Shown: positions 1 through 12,018 of the stretch, piece by piece
Layout: each line of letters begins with the position of its first letter
How positions within the stretch are numbered: the stretch's first letter is position 1
Assembly: GCF_020745735.1 (NCBI RefSeq)
Contig: NC_083409.1
Coordinates: 11,649,052-11,713,051, forward strand
Reading direction: 5' to 3'
Origin: Hemiscyllium ocellatum
Lineage: Eukaryota
Length of the DNA: 64,000 bases
Made by a program: the position numbers and the translations under genes
Notes under the pieces: model-generated
What the model saw: only the letters and a program-made list of their open reading frames with translations
The model's database searches: none
What the model was told of the DNA's origin: nothing

Positions 1-76
1 TAGCAAACCTGGGGTAATTCTGTGCATATAACAATCTGTTGTTGTGGTTCTGTTCGCCGAGCTGGGAGTTTTTGTT

Positions 77-116
77 GCAAACGTTTCGTCCCCTTTCTAG
101 GTGACATCTTCAGTGC
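77..116 (-). ncRNA. Minimal type I hammerhead ribozyme motif in Penelope pLTR
   Basis: GCA-CTGAAGA-T-GTCACCT(AGAA)AGGGGAC-GAAA-CG-T-T-TGC: core CUGANGA/GAAA, stem II, palindromic stem III, 3-bp stem I. Confidence 0.7.
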
Positions 117-734
117 TTGGGAGCCTCCTGTGAAGCGCTTCTGTGCTGATTCCTCCGGCATTTATACTGGTTTGAATCTGCCGCTTCCAGTTGTCAGTCG
201 CTGTCCGCTGCAGTGGCCGGTATATAGGGTCTAGTTTGATGTGTCTGTTGATAGAATTTGTGGATGAGTGCCATGCCTCTAGGAATTCCCTGGCTGCTCT
301 CTGTTTGGCCTGCCCTATAATAGTGGTGTTGTCCCAGTATGGCGACTAGGGATAGCTGGTCGTGTCGTTTCATGGCTAGTTGGTGTTCATGGATGCGGGT
401 TGTTAGCTGTCTTCCTGTTTGTCCTATGTAGTGTTTTGTGCAGTCCTTGCATGGGATTTTGTACACTACATTGGTTTTGCTCCTACTGGGTATCGGGTCC
501 TTTGTCCTGGTGAGTTGTTGTCTGAGAGTGGCTGTTGGTTTGTGTGCTGTTATGAGTCCTAGTGGTCGCAGCAGTCTGGCTGTCAGTTCAGAAATGCTCC
601 TGATGTATGGTAGTGTGGCCAGTCCTTTGGCCGGCCACTGCAGCGAACAGCAACTGACAACCAAAAGCGGCATATTCAAACCACTATAAATGCCAGAGGA
701 ATCAGCACAGAAGCGCTTCACAGGAGGCTCCCAA

Positions 735-774
735 GCACTGAAGATGTCACCTAGAAAGGGGACGAAATGTTTGC
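735..774 (+). ncRNA. Second copy of the hammerhead motif (stem III C>T)
   Basis: Same motif in the inverted pLTR, with GAAATGTT instead of GAAACGTT. Confidence 0.6.
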
Positions 775-864
775 AACAAAAACTCCCAGCTCGGCGAACA
801 GAACCACAACAACGAGCACCCGAGCTACAAAACTTCTCACAAACTTTGAATATAACAATCTGTT

Positions 865-1260
865 TCCCAGGGAATATCATTGGACTGGCCTGATGGCAAT
901 CATATCACTTTATTATGGTTGATCGAACTTTTCTTGTAATTAAGAACCCTTTCCCAGGAAATATCATTGGATTAACCTGCTGTAAATCATGTCAACTTAT
1001 TATATGTGATTGGTCTTTGCTTGTACTTAAGGCTGTCCTATCTCTTAAAAAACATATAAATAATGTGTAATTTTTGCATATAATTGTGCCATTTGTCCAT
1101 GGAACACAGAAGCTTTCAACCTCTGTGTTGCTGGACAAATCTGCGCAGGGTGCCTTAATTTATTAAACTAGTAACCTTGCTTTAACCAGACCGTAATCCT
1201 AGTGATTCTTTTGACCGATCATGAGATCGAGGGGTCCTGCACGGGGGTCTACATCATCAT
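865..1260. mobile_element. Possible LTR-like element interrupted by the Penelope insertion
   Basis: Internal ~88-bp imperfect direct repeat (TTTCCCAGGRAATATCATTGG at ~863 and ~951); ends ...CTACATCA; no coding evidence. Confidence 0.25.
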
Positions 1261-1490
1261 TGGGATCTGAACAAAAAAAGCCATGAAACTTAACGTCATG
1301 TTCATGAATGTTCTTTGGGCAAGGGAACCCAGTCATCACCCAGTCTTGTGACTCCAGTCTCACACTGACTCAATAAATTCTTAACGGCTCCATGATCTGG
1401 TTCAGCAAAGAACTCAGTCCGAGCAGCTGGAGATGGGCAATACATTTGAGGCTTATCACTGGCATTCATGCCCTCAGAAAGAATAATGTC

Positions 1491-4400
1491 TGCCTTTTAG
1501 CCTCTGAGGCACCACACTCTCATTGTTCTGGGTCTCCAATCCTCTCACATTAATTCATTAAGTGAAGAGCTTTTATTTTGAACTCTAAGTTCTCTTTTCC
1601 CCGTGATTCTCTCCTCTTCACCCCCACCCAAAAAAGCTTTGCTGTGCAGAGTGAGAGCTCTCTGTGTTCTCTGAGGCCTCGCTCTGTCTCTGTCTGCCTC
1701 CCTTCCAACTGAAGACAAAACGTATGTTTCCAAAACCGTGTGGCGATAAGAAGACAGCTGAGAAAAATAATGTAACGAGAGTTGAGTTGGGTTTGTTAAA
1801 GAAAATAATGTTTGTTTTGAAATTATATTTGTGTCAGTGAGTGACAAAGGAAAGATGGGGGTCCAGGATTGCTGCAGCCTCTGCCAGAACATAGGGCCCA
1901 GGAGCAGGAGCAGGCCTTTTGGGAGCTGCTGTGCCAATGAAGAAGATCACTGCTCATCTGGGTGTGGTCTCAGCTGCACTTTCTGCTTCCCCCAATTCTC
2001 CCATTACACTTAACTGCCATGTTCATCAAAAATCTGTCTACCTCAACCTTGAGTAAACTCAATGACCCAACCTCCATTCCCATGTAGAGAAGAGAATTCC
2101 ACAGACTGTCAACTCTCAGCCATCAAAACAAAACTTCCTGGTTTTAAACGGGAGACTGCTTTGAGTTAAATTGACCCTCTAGTTCTTGTCTGCCCTACAA
2201 CAGGAACCATCTTCTCAGTATCCAGCCTGTCATGTCACCTTAAGACCTGAAACTGTTAATGAGAACAAACAGGTTGCATAAGTGAGGCTTTTCCTCTGGA
2301 AATGATTAACAGTGTTGATGTAAACTGTTTTCTCCAGTGCCAGAGTTCAGAACAAGAAGGTTGTTAAAATTAAAATTAGGATGATTTCAGGAAAAACTCC
2401 TTCTGAAAAAGTGTGAAAATCCGGTACTCGCAATTGGAAAAGCTGTCAAGGCCAGGATTCGATGTTCATTCGCTCAGGACAGTAAGGTTTACAGAACTAA
2501 GGGGGAATGTGTTCCAGGTTAGCCATGGCCGAACTGACTGGGGAATTTGGTCAAAACAGATGATAATTTATTTAAAATAAATGTTAACAATAAATCTATG
2601 TTAACCTGAGTGTACAAGGCATAATTTCAAAGTTTTCTGATGATATAAAACTTTGAAGTATTGCGGCTTATGAAGAAGATAGTGTCGAACTTCAAAAAGG
2701 ATGTCGGTAAGATAATTGAATGAGCAGATGATTGCAGATACAATTTAATGGAAAGAGATGTCGGTGATTTATTTTGGATGGAAAATGTGGTGAGACAAAT
2801 CAAACTAAAGGATCCAAATATGGATAGCTGTAGGGGCAGAAGGACCTGGATGCTTATGTGCATTAGTCACTGAAGGTGTCTGTACAGGCAGCTGTTTTCA
2901 TGAGAGAGCAGCTGATAAAGCAGATGCCATATCAACATTAGCATAGAATACAGTCTGGATGTGAAAAAAATGTTACGTTTTCAGAGGTAATACAAAACTA
3001 AAATAAGTTCCCACTTTTAAGAATGAGAAAAGCAGAATTCTTTGTCTTCTATACAGTCATAGGTCTTTGAAACTCTTTTTCAAATAGTCAACTGAAATCT
3101 CTGAATAGTTGTAATGAAGAATTAGACAGCCTTTCATCCCTTGCTTATCAGTAATCTATCAGAGTTAGGCAAGAATGTGGAATAATCAGATCCGCCATGT
3201 GGAACAGGATCAAGAGGATGAATCTCCTTCATCTGTCCCTAATTCGTATAATTGTGTGTCTCTAAAAGCCAGGAAGATATGCTCAGCTATATGACAAGTT
3301 GGTTTGGCCTCAACTGATGTATTAAGTCCAGTTCCACCGTTGAAAGAGCAGCCCCCTGAAAGCTTGTGATTTTCAATAAAGCAGCTGAAGTGGCTGCTGG
3401 TTTGTGTGGGCGCGAATGGAACGGGACTTTACCCATAATCCTCAGCAGCAGGGCAAGCGCTCTCTCTCGCCACTAGAGGGCAGCTGCTTCACTGTCCCTG
3501 ATCAGTAAAACATAAACTGCAAAGATGCAGAGAGTGTGTCCAGCTTCAGAAGCAGGGTACTTATCGTACCACAATGAAAATGTCCCCTGTGATAAGAAAA
3601 GTACTTTGGTGTAACTTGTGATTATCTTCACAGTGTGCTGTTTTGTTCTTTCTGTGATACAAATGGACAATATCAGTATCGAGGGGCACAAAGTATATTT
3701 CCTCCTCTAACCCCTTTCCAATACACCCTCTCCATCTTGCTTTACTCCTTATTGACTCCTCTACAATTGTCCCTGTTCCCTCACTCCATCCCGGTCCCAG
3801 AGGGATTGATTGCCGGAGTTCATGACCCCGCACTGTGTGAAGGTTGGTGTGAAGTGAGGCCAGTGTGTTGGAGCTTGGGCTGCTGCCTCAGGCCCAGGTG
3901 TAGGGGCCTGTTCAACAATCTGCACATTGTCCTTTTTCTCTTTCTGACTGTACTGGAGTTTTCAAGCTGCAGTAACTTGCTGGCAACAAACTGTCTTGTC
4001 TAAAGTGTTCCCAGCACTGGACAGATCTCTGCTGTTGATTGTTTTCTCTCAAGAAAAGTGTGTCAGCTGCTGCTTCCTTGCTATTGTACTGAAAAACAAC
4101 ATCAATGCATCTTGAGATTTAAAATACTCTGTCTTCATGAAAGTGTTTGGCAGACTTTTAACATCGTTTAACAAACTAATGATGGGAATCCTTCAGTGTT
4201 GTTTATGGCTGGGAGCATTTAACATCATGGTCTTAGTTTTTAATGGATCCTCACTCGTGGTAATACAGTTTGCAATGTTCCTCTCCCCTTTCGTGTTATT
4301 AAAAGGCTTTGAACCGTGTTATGCTGAGGACAGCGCAACTTCAACACCGTGTGACGGAGTGGGTGGCTGAATTCCCATCTCATTATTGTCCAGCTTTCAA

Positions 4401-5690
4401 AGAAAATGCTGTACTCTCTGAAATTAGATTGTACCCAGGTTTTATACATATTGTGTTTGGATTTCATTTTCGGAATGCCGATTTTCATAAAAATATCCTG
4501 TTCAGTTTTGTAGCTCAGTAGTTGTGTTTGTTCCCTGAGATACTGAGAGTTTATACAACACGCCATTTGCCTGTGATCCAGTTGCTGGCCAAAGCCTCTG
4601 GTTGTTCGGTGAGTCCAAGCCATTGCCTTGCTCTCTGCAGTTATACCATCAACACGATTTCTCAGTGTGAGCCAGGAGACCACTGCGTGGTGATTTCCTG
4701 TTCCACTGTCGGTGTAAAGGCAAGTGGGAACTGTCAAGGTTAATCCCATCATGAACATCAGAACATTGTGCTCAGCTAGAAATACATCCACTGACTCATT
4801 TCTTTGGCCGCCATTTCAGTGAAAGCAAATCTCTCCATTTGCCAGCACAAACAGAAAGTGTTCATCAGATTCCCTCGTGTGTGATGGTTTAGCCCAATAG
4901 GAGCAGCACTGGTAGACCATGCTGCATCAGCCTGGACAGAAACCTGGGCAAGCTCCAAATGAAAGGATGACCTTCAGTGGATCTACTGTGACAGGAAATA
5001 TGGAATTGGAATCCTTGTTCCCGAATCACCTCATCAAACCTAAATACAACTGAGAAAATATAAACCAAACCAATTTCCCAAGGACATATGTCACAACAAG
5101 AAAGTAGGGAACAGACAGTTTCTGTCCCCTGTCTTTCAATAGCGTCGCTTTTCCTGTCCCACCCCTGTCTGTGGGGTACCATTTCTATCATCCTTTCTAT
5201 CTGAGAATATTACTGTTTCTATCCCCACTATCTTAGGGAGAGTTTGGGTGTGTCACATCCACCCATTTTGTTAGTTTCATTTACTTTCATGAAATGGGTA
5301 ATCCCTGCTTCACTATGTGTGTGTAAGCCACGTGTGAAAGCCCAGCACAGCTCACCCTTCATCTCAATCAGAACACGGGGTTGGTCAGTACTGTCTGGAC
5401 CCAGAACAATAGCACTGACTAACTGGAGACAATTCAGATCAAGTCCCAATGAGAGTGCTATTGACCTTCACCCTCAAAGCCCACTGAGGAGGTGGTCATT
5501 AATCCCCGTGTTGTCACAGAGTAAGTTCTCCCAGAGATTCATGATTCATTCTGGATTTTACACAAGTCTGTGATGTTTTTAGGAGACAAGTGGGAAGGCA
5601 TAGAGATAAAATATAAAAGGAGGGAGAATTATATTTTTGTTACATCATTCTTGAACTTAGGATGTTCGAAAATATTTTACAGCCAATGGA
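1491..5690. repeat. Paralog of 19943-26570 (part direct, part inverted)
   Basis: 3640-5690 matches 19943-23330 directly; 1491-2560 matches 25460-26570 inverted; 3540-4020 matches 24570-24990 inverted. Confidence 0.85.
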
Positions 5691-5849
5691 ATGCTTTCAA
5701 AAACCAGACATTACCGTAATGTGGGAACTGTGACAGCCTGGGCAATGCAGATCGTTTAGTAGCACCACCCAGAGACTGGAGGCTGCTACTGCAGGCAGGC
5801 TGCAACCAGCTCTGCTGTGAGGGAAGGACACTGGAGCACACAAGGACAT

Positions 5850-6320
5850 GGGAAATAGGAGTTGGAGGAAGACTCCAACGGCTGTCCATCCTTTCTTAAA
5901 TACAGAGACCAAAATTGCATACAATACCCCAGATGCAGCCTCACTAATATCCTGTACAGTTTTAACAAGACTTCTCTGCTTTTAAATTCCAACCCCCAGC
6001 AATAAAGGTGAAAATTCCATTCACCTTCTCAATTATTCGCTGTACCTGCACTAACTTTCAGTGTCCCGTGCACAATACTACCCTGATCACTCTGTACTGC
6101 ACTTTGTTGGAATCTCTCACTATTTAAATAATAGTCAGCCTTTAGATTATTCTGGCCCAAGTTCATGGTCTCACACTTTCTGATATTAAATTCCATCCAC
6201 TGTGTATTAGCGTTGCATTTCCAGTTTGGTCTTCTCTTTGTGATTGACTGGCTCAATGCATCTGTCTGTAGCACGTCCCATTCCCATTTGTTTGTGAGCC
6301 TCACCCTTGATTGTCTGACC
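5850..6320 (-). mobile_element. Decayed CR1 RT/3' fragment
   Basis: ORFs 5786-5992 and 6029-6385 (MEFNIRKCE, LGYCMQFWS). Confidence 0.7.
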
Positions 6321-6339
6321 CTTTCCTGCTGGTTCCATT

Positions 6340-8790
6340 CAATGACAGGCAGGAGGCTGGAAGAACACAGCAAGTCAGGCAGCATCAGGCAGTGGAGAAG
6401 CTGATGTTTCAGGTGGAACCCTTCTTCAGGAATGGAGGTGGGTGTAGGGAGAGCTGCAGATAAAGAGGTGGCGGGAGACAGGATGATGAAGTGGGGATAG
6501 GTGATGACAGGTGGAGGGTGTGACCTGGTTGGTCAGTGGGAGGAATGAATCTGGTAGGTGTAAGGGAGTAGTGGAAGGGAGGGAGAGGTGCTGGGAAGGG
6601 AGTCAGGGGATGGGAAGGGAGGTGATTTGAAATTGGAGAACTCAATGTTGAGTCATCTGGGCTGTATGCTGCCAGAAGGAAGATGAGATGTTGTTCCTCC
6701 AATATGTGGTTTGGTTCATTGTGGCAATGGAGGACGCCAATGATGGTCATGTCAAAAATGGAGTGGGAAGGGGAATTAAAATGGGTGCTGACTGGTAGGA
6801 CTGCTCAGCCCCTGTGGGTCCGGCTGAGATGTTCGGTGAAATGTTCCTCAGTTTACGTTTGCTCTTCCCGATGTAGAGAAGACCATATGGGGAACACCTG
6901 ATGCAGTAATCTAGGTTGGAGGAGAAGCAGGTGAACCTCTGTCTTACCTGGAAGGACTGTTTGGGGCCCTGGATGGAGGTGTGGGATTGATGTACCAGCA
7001 GGCTTTGCATGTTTTCAGGTTGCAGGAGAAGGTACCGAGGGGTTCGGGATGGTTGCAGTGCGAGTGGCACAGATCAAGAATTATCGAAGGGAATGGTCCT
7101 TGTGGAAGGCAGCCAGGGGTGGGGAGAGGAAGATGTATTTGGTGGTGTTGTCTAGTTAGAGTTGATGGAAGTGTTCAAGAATGATGCGTTGGATTCAGAG
7201 ATTGCTGGGGTGATTAGTGACAACAATAGGGATTCTGCCTTTATTGTATTTAGAGGGGGGTGGGTTTAGAGCAGTGGAACAGGAAATAGACCTGGTGCAG
7301 TGGATGGCAGAAGGAGGAAAAGCACATTGTTCGTAACAGTTGGACATCTGTGATCAGTGGAATGTCTCCTCATCTGAGCAGATGGGGCAGAGGCAGAGGA
7401 ATTGGGAGAATGAAATGGAGTTCTTACAGGATACTGGGTGAGAGGAGGTGTAGTCCAGTTAGATATAGGAGTCTGTGGGTTTGTAGTAAATGTCTGTCTG
7501 TAGATTATCACCAGAATTGGAAATGGAGAGGTCAAAAAAGGGGAGGGAGGTGTCCGAGATGGACCAAGGGAATTTGAGGACGGGGTGGAAGTTGTGGGCA
7601 AAGCCGATGAACTGCTCCAGTTCAGCCTGTGTGCAGGTCACTGCACTGATGCAGTCATTGATGTAATGGCGGAAGAGTTGGGGCACAGTGCCTGAATAGA
7701 TACTGAAGAGGGACTGTACAACATAGTCGATAAAGAAGCAAGCGTAGCTGGGGCCCATCTGGGTGCCCATGGCCACTCTCTGGATTTGGAGGAAATGGGA
7801 AGAGTTAAAGTAAACGTTGTTGAGGGTGAGGACTAGTTCAGCAAGGCGGAGGAGGGTATTGGTGGAGGGGGACTGGATGGGTCTGTTGCAGAGGAAAAGG
7901 TGGAGGGTCTGGAGGCCATCCTTATTGGGTATGGACATATATAAGGATTGCACATCCATAGTGGAGATAAAGTGCTCAGGGCTGGGGATCTGGACGTTAC
8001 TGAAGAGATGGAGAGTGTGGTTGGTGTAGCGGATGTAGGTGGGAAGTGCCTGAAACAAGGAGGAGAGTTGAGGTAGGATGAGAGGAGTTCGGTAGAGCAG
8101 GAGCATGCTGAGACAATGGGTCAGCCGGGGTAGTTGGACTTGTGGATCTTGAGGAGCAGATAGAACTGGGCATTGTGGGGCTGGGGGTATATGAGATTGG
8201 AGGCAATGGAGGGGAGATCACTGGAGGCAATGGGGACACTGATAATGTAAGTGATTTTGGCCTGATGGGTCACCGCGGGGTCATGGGCAAGGGAAATTTA
8301 GGGCATGGTGTTGGAGAATTGGCATTCGCCCTATGTGACATTTAGGTCTGTTCTCCAGACTACCACCACCCCACCTTTGTCAGTGGGCTTGATAGTGAAC
8401 CAGGGGTTGGTGCAGAGAAAGTGGAGTCCTCAATCAGAGTAGGGTTGGTTGGAGAGGGTGACGGGGTTGCGGGAGGACATGGAGAAAATGAGGCTGCTAA
8501 TGTCACCTCAGTGGTCAGCACTGAAGAGGTCTAGGATGTGTACACAGCTGGTGGTGGGGGATTGGGGGGGTGACCAAGTGAAGGAGGAATGTTGGAGGTG
8601 GGACGAGGGGTCCTCAGAGGGAGGTTGGGAGTTTTTGTTAAAGAAAAAGACACGGAGGTAGAGGCAGCGGAAGAAGAGCTCCGCTCGTGGCGGGTGCGCG
8701 TTTTGTTGAGGTGGGATTGGGCGGGACTGACTCTGAGCCTTTTCCTGAGGACAGACGTTTTAGCCTCAGAGAGCTCGAGGTCAGGTGAGG
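6340..8790 (-). mobile_element. Decayed Penelope-like element (RT + GIY-YIG + pLTR)
   Basis: ORF 7459-8106 has PLE RT motifs (MDVQSLY, VAMGTQMGPSYA, RHYIND); ORF 6747-7070 has YCIRC..LLYIG; frameshifted. Confidence 0.85.
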
Positions 8791-8804
8791 GATCCCCGGT
8801 GGAG

Positions 8805-9555
8805 GGCTCTCTAAGTGGGAGTCCTCCCCATTTCTCTCAGGGATCTGGGGTGGAGGGTGCTGCATGCAGCGGTCCCCTGCAACCGCAGATTGCGGTGGTT
8901 CACAGACTCCCAGCACAACTGCTTGTTCTGTGGTGCTGTGGAGTCCATGGACCACGTGTACATTGGGTGTGGGCATTTGCACTTCCTTCTTGATTTTCTT
9001 AAAAACCTCCTCCTCTGTTTTTGGTTGCACTTCAGTCCCACACTCCTGATCTTCGGGCACCTGGTACGGAGGAGGGAGGGCATGTCTGAAGACCTGCTCG
9101 TGGGTCTGTTCCTGGGCCTGGCCAAACTGGCCATGAACAGATCCAGGCAGCGGGCCGTGGAGGGGTCGTGAGGGCGGACTGCCTGCTCCTCTTCCCTGGT
9201 TACGTTAGAACCCGGGTGTCCTTGGAGAGGGAGCACGCGGTGTCCGGCAACACCCTGGAGTTGTTCAAGGAAAGGGGGGCGCCACAGGGAGTGGAAGGCA
9301 TTATATCCCCCTCCAACTCTATTTTGATTTAATCCCTGCCCTCCCCTTCACTGTTTGATCACACAGCATTGCCCTTTGATGTGAAGGGCACTGCTTGTCA
9401 CAAGCCACTCCTGGTGGTGGAAACTGAATCAAGTTTCGGACACCTTGTGTCTCTCACTGTGTCTCACACCTGCACACACACAACATGGGTGCTGGGGAAA
9501 AAATAAGCAAGACCACTGTTAGGCAGTAGAGTAGGGCAATAGAAAAAAAAATAAA
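8805..9555 (+). mobile_element. Tx1/L1-clade LINE 3' fragment
   Basis: ORF 8815-9171 DLGWRVLH...CLFCGAVESMDHVYIGC (zf-RVT-like CCHC region); A-rich end near 9545. Confidence 0.7.
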
Positions 9556-10501
9556 CAGGAGTGTCAGAGGTGCTAAGAAAAATAAATGGGGACTGTCAGA
9601 AGTATTGATAGGAGAAAGGGAGGACTGCAGATGCTGGAGATCAGAGCTGAAAATGTGGTGCTGAAAAAGTGCAGCAGGTCAGGCAGCATCCAAGGAGCAG
9701 GACTCTGCGACCTGACTGAATAACAACCTGCGAACCAACCCCCTCCTTCTGTCACCCTCAATCTCCCCATGCTTACTCTTAATGCCCCTTTGATCCAGCT
9801 TGTGCTGCCTTTGGGAGAGGCTGACCTTCCCTTCCTACCTCATCCAGGAACATGGTCATCATCCTAAAGGAGCACAGTTACGTTTTTAACCTGAGGGGCA
9901 TCACAGCTGGGACAGGAGGAGAGAACTTGGCACCTTCATGGTGGTCATACCTGTCATTAATCCACGGCAACCTCTCTTGGAGCTGCAAGAATTCAACCTC
10001 CCTCCCTCAGACAGCTCCCCTCCCTGGAAGGTAATATTGCTGCTCCTAATTTCGGGCTAATTGACAACTGAAATACAACTATGGTGAGCCAGCATTGGCT
10101 GGGCAGGCAGCCACTACTGCTCTGAACCTGTATCCAGAAAATCCCCTTGTAATTGGGCAACACATTAGGGAGCACAGTGCCCACTGCCTCTGAAACACCT
10201 CCCTTACCGAGAATACACTCTCAGCTGCCATATGAAACACTATAAACTCTGTGTCCTGTGATCCTGCCCCTCCAGCTACTTGATGAAGGAACAGCGCACC
10301 GAGCACTTCTACTTCCAAATAAACCTGTTTGACTATAACCTGGTTTTGTGTGCTTTTTAACTTTGGCCATCTGAATGAACTGCTATCTCAGACTGAATCA
10401 GCAGAACTGTTTTTCATTCATGATTTGAGAAGATGAAAGCCTGATCTTCAATCCCCAGCACAAAGCCCATTCTCAATCCATCGCTCGGAGACACAGACCT
10501 C

Positions 10502-10853
10502 AGAGAGACACCTACAGGCAGCACAGAGTAACACACTCGCACTGAGAGAGACACCTACAGGCAGCACAGAGTAACACACTCGCACTGAGAGAGACACCTA
10601 CAGGCAGCACAGAGTAACACACTCGCACTGAGAGAGACACCTACAGGCAGCACAGAGTAACACACTCGCACTGAGAGAGACACCTACAGGCAGCACAGAG
10701 TAACACACTCGCACTGAGAGAGACACCTACAGGCAGCACAGAGTAACACACTCGCACTGAGAGAGACACCTACAGGCAGCACAGAGTAACACACTCGCAC
10801 TGAGAAAGACACCTACAGGCTGCACTAAGTAACACACACACTGAGAGAGACAC
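10502..10853. repeat. 43-bp minisatellite, about 8 copies (GAGAGAGACACCTACAGGCAGCACAGAGTAACACACTCGCACT)
   Basis: CCTACAGG recurs at 10511, 10554, 10597, 10640, 10683, 10726, 10769, 10812; last copy degenerate; no spacers. Confidence 0.97.
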
Positions 10854-11184
10854 AGCCGACAATGTCTGTGAATGGCTGAAGATTGTTTCAGGGGCTACCC
10901 AACATGCCACAGAGATTGCACAGTGCAATCCCATCAGCTGGGCCTGGAAGTAATGCGTCGGGTTGTACTTATTGAGTTTCTGTTCCTTTTGGAATCTTGT
11001 AACCTTCATAAATTCCTGACCAAAGGGATCATTTGAAAATGATTAATGATAGATGATTGTAATTGATTGACAGGCCAAGCAACCAATTGTGACAATGACC
11101 TGCTGAAATGCAGCCAATCAACTGGGGAGGGGGAGGCGGTCATCTATTTCCAAAGCACACGGAAACAGAGATTGAATCTTCATC

Positions 11185-11190
11185 TTTATT
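11185..11190 (-). terminator. Paralogous AATAAA of the pseudo-C 3' UTR
   Basis: Same context as 34387-34392. Confidence 0.45.
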
Positions 11191-11711
11191 CCCTTTTCCA
11201 CGTTCACATTGACAGAAAAAAACTGCAACTAACAGCCCAGACAGAGGAAGCTGCTCAAATTCACAGCCACAATGGCGTTTGAGGAAAACACTTGTGAAGA
11301 TTTGGTCAATAACATGAGAATCCTGTCCCTTTAAACAGTGATAAAACCTTAAATTGGAACTGACAGCGGAGCAGGAAGAAGATCTGGTTTACTGAAGCAG
11401 AGACTTCTGAGGTTCACATTGTTTTGTACAGCTGACAGTCTTCAGCAACTTCAAGAGATTTTACTTGGCATACAGTCAACACTTCCCAATCAAACACTCC
11501 CCAGACAAGGACAACATGAGCTTTGACATAGCGCAAAGTCTCTTGATACTGTCGCAGTGACCGACTTCAACATCCAAACCTCAGATGTATCTCTGAGCCA
11601 GTCCTGAGAAGGAAGGGAGTTGAAATTCAGTGCTGACAATGACCTTTGTCCTGCCAGCTCAGCCCTGTTCTATTTAAAGTTGTGTCTCCTCTGTGGACTG
11701 TCTCAAACACT

Positions 11712-12018
11712 CTACACACATTCTGATCTCCTGATGCTCTTGCTGAGGGGAGAGGGGAGGAGAAGCGAGTGTTCGACTCCCAGTCAGACCCAGAGAGGGT
11801 CAGCAGGCTGCTGACACTGTAGGTGCTGTCCGAAGCTCGCAGGTGGTTGCTGGTCTGAACCCCGTCCGAAATGACTGCACCGTCCTTCTTCCACTGCACC
11901 TCCAGTTCATCAGGATAGAAGTGATTGGCAAGGCACACCAGGGTGGCAGTGCCCTTGGCATTGACCTACTCCGGGGAGGGGGGCAGCAGGGTCAGCTTGG
12001 GCTGAGAGTTCTCACGGA
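11712..12018 (-). pseudogene. Orphan Ig kappa-type constant pseudo-exon
   Basis: 8 substitutions vs the 34921-35249 exon over 307 aligned nt; CAG>TAG stop at 11968-11966; 22-nt frameshifting deletion removing the second Cys; no V or J seen between it and the next C. Confidence 0.95.

Larger units (their letters stand above)
41..849 (-). mobile_element. Penelope-like retroelement, 5'-truncated, with inverted pLTR and 15-bp target-site duplication
   Basis: Minus-strand frame encodes GIY-YIG (VVYKIPCKDCTKHYIGQTGRQL); ~41-220 is the inverted repeat of ~630-820; ATATAACAATCTGTT at 26-40 and 850-864. Confidence 0.9.

Noticed and set aside
4050-4370. Possible decayed exon duplicated at 21490-21790
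   Set aside because: Stops in the longest frames of both copies and no recognisable protein motif; treated as part of the segmental duplication.
6430-6650. Switch-like or G-quadruplex regulatory region (also 28400-28620, 18570-18690)
   Set aside because: G-rich strand bias is intrinsic to the Penelope-like element's terminal region and recurs in each copy.
10502-10853. CRISPR-like array or RSS array
   Set aside because: Units are contiguous with no unique spacers, the DNA is vertebrate, and CACAGAG has no nonamer at 12 or 23 nt.
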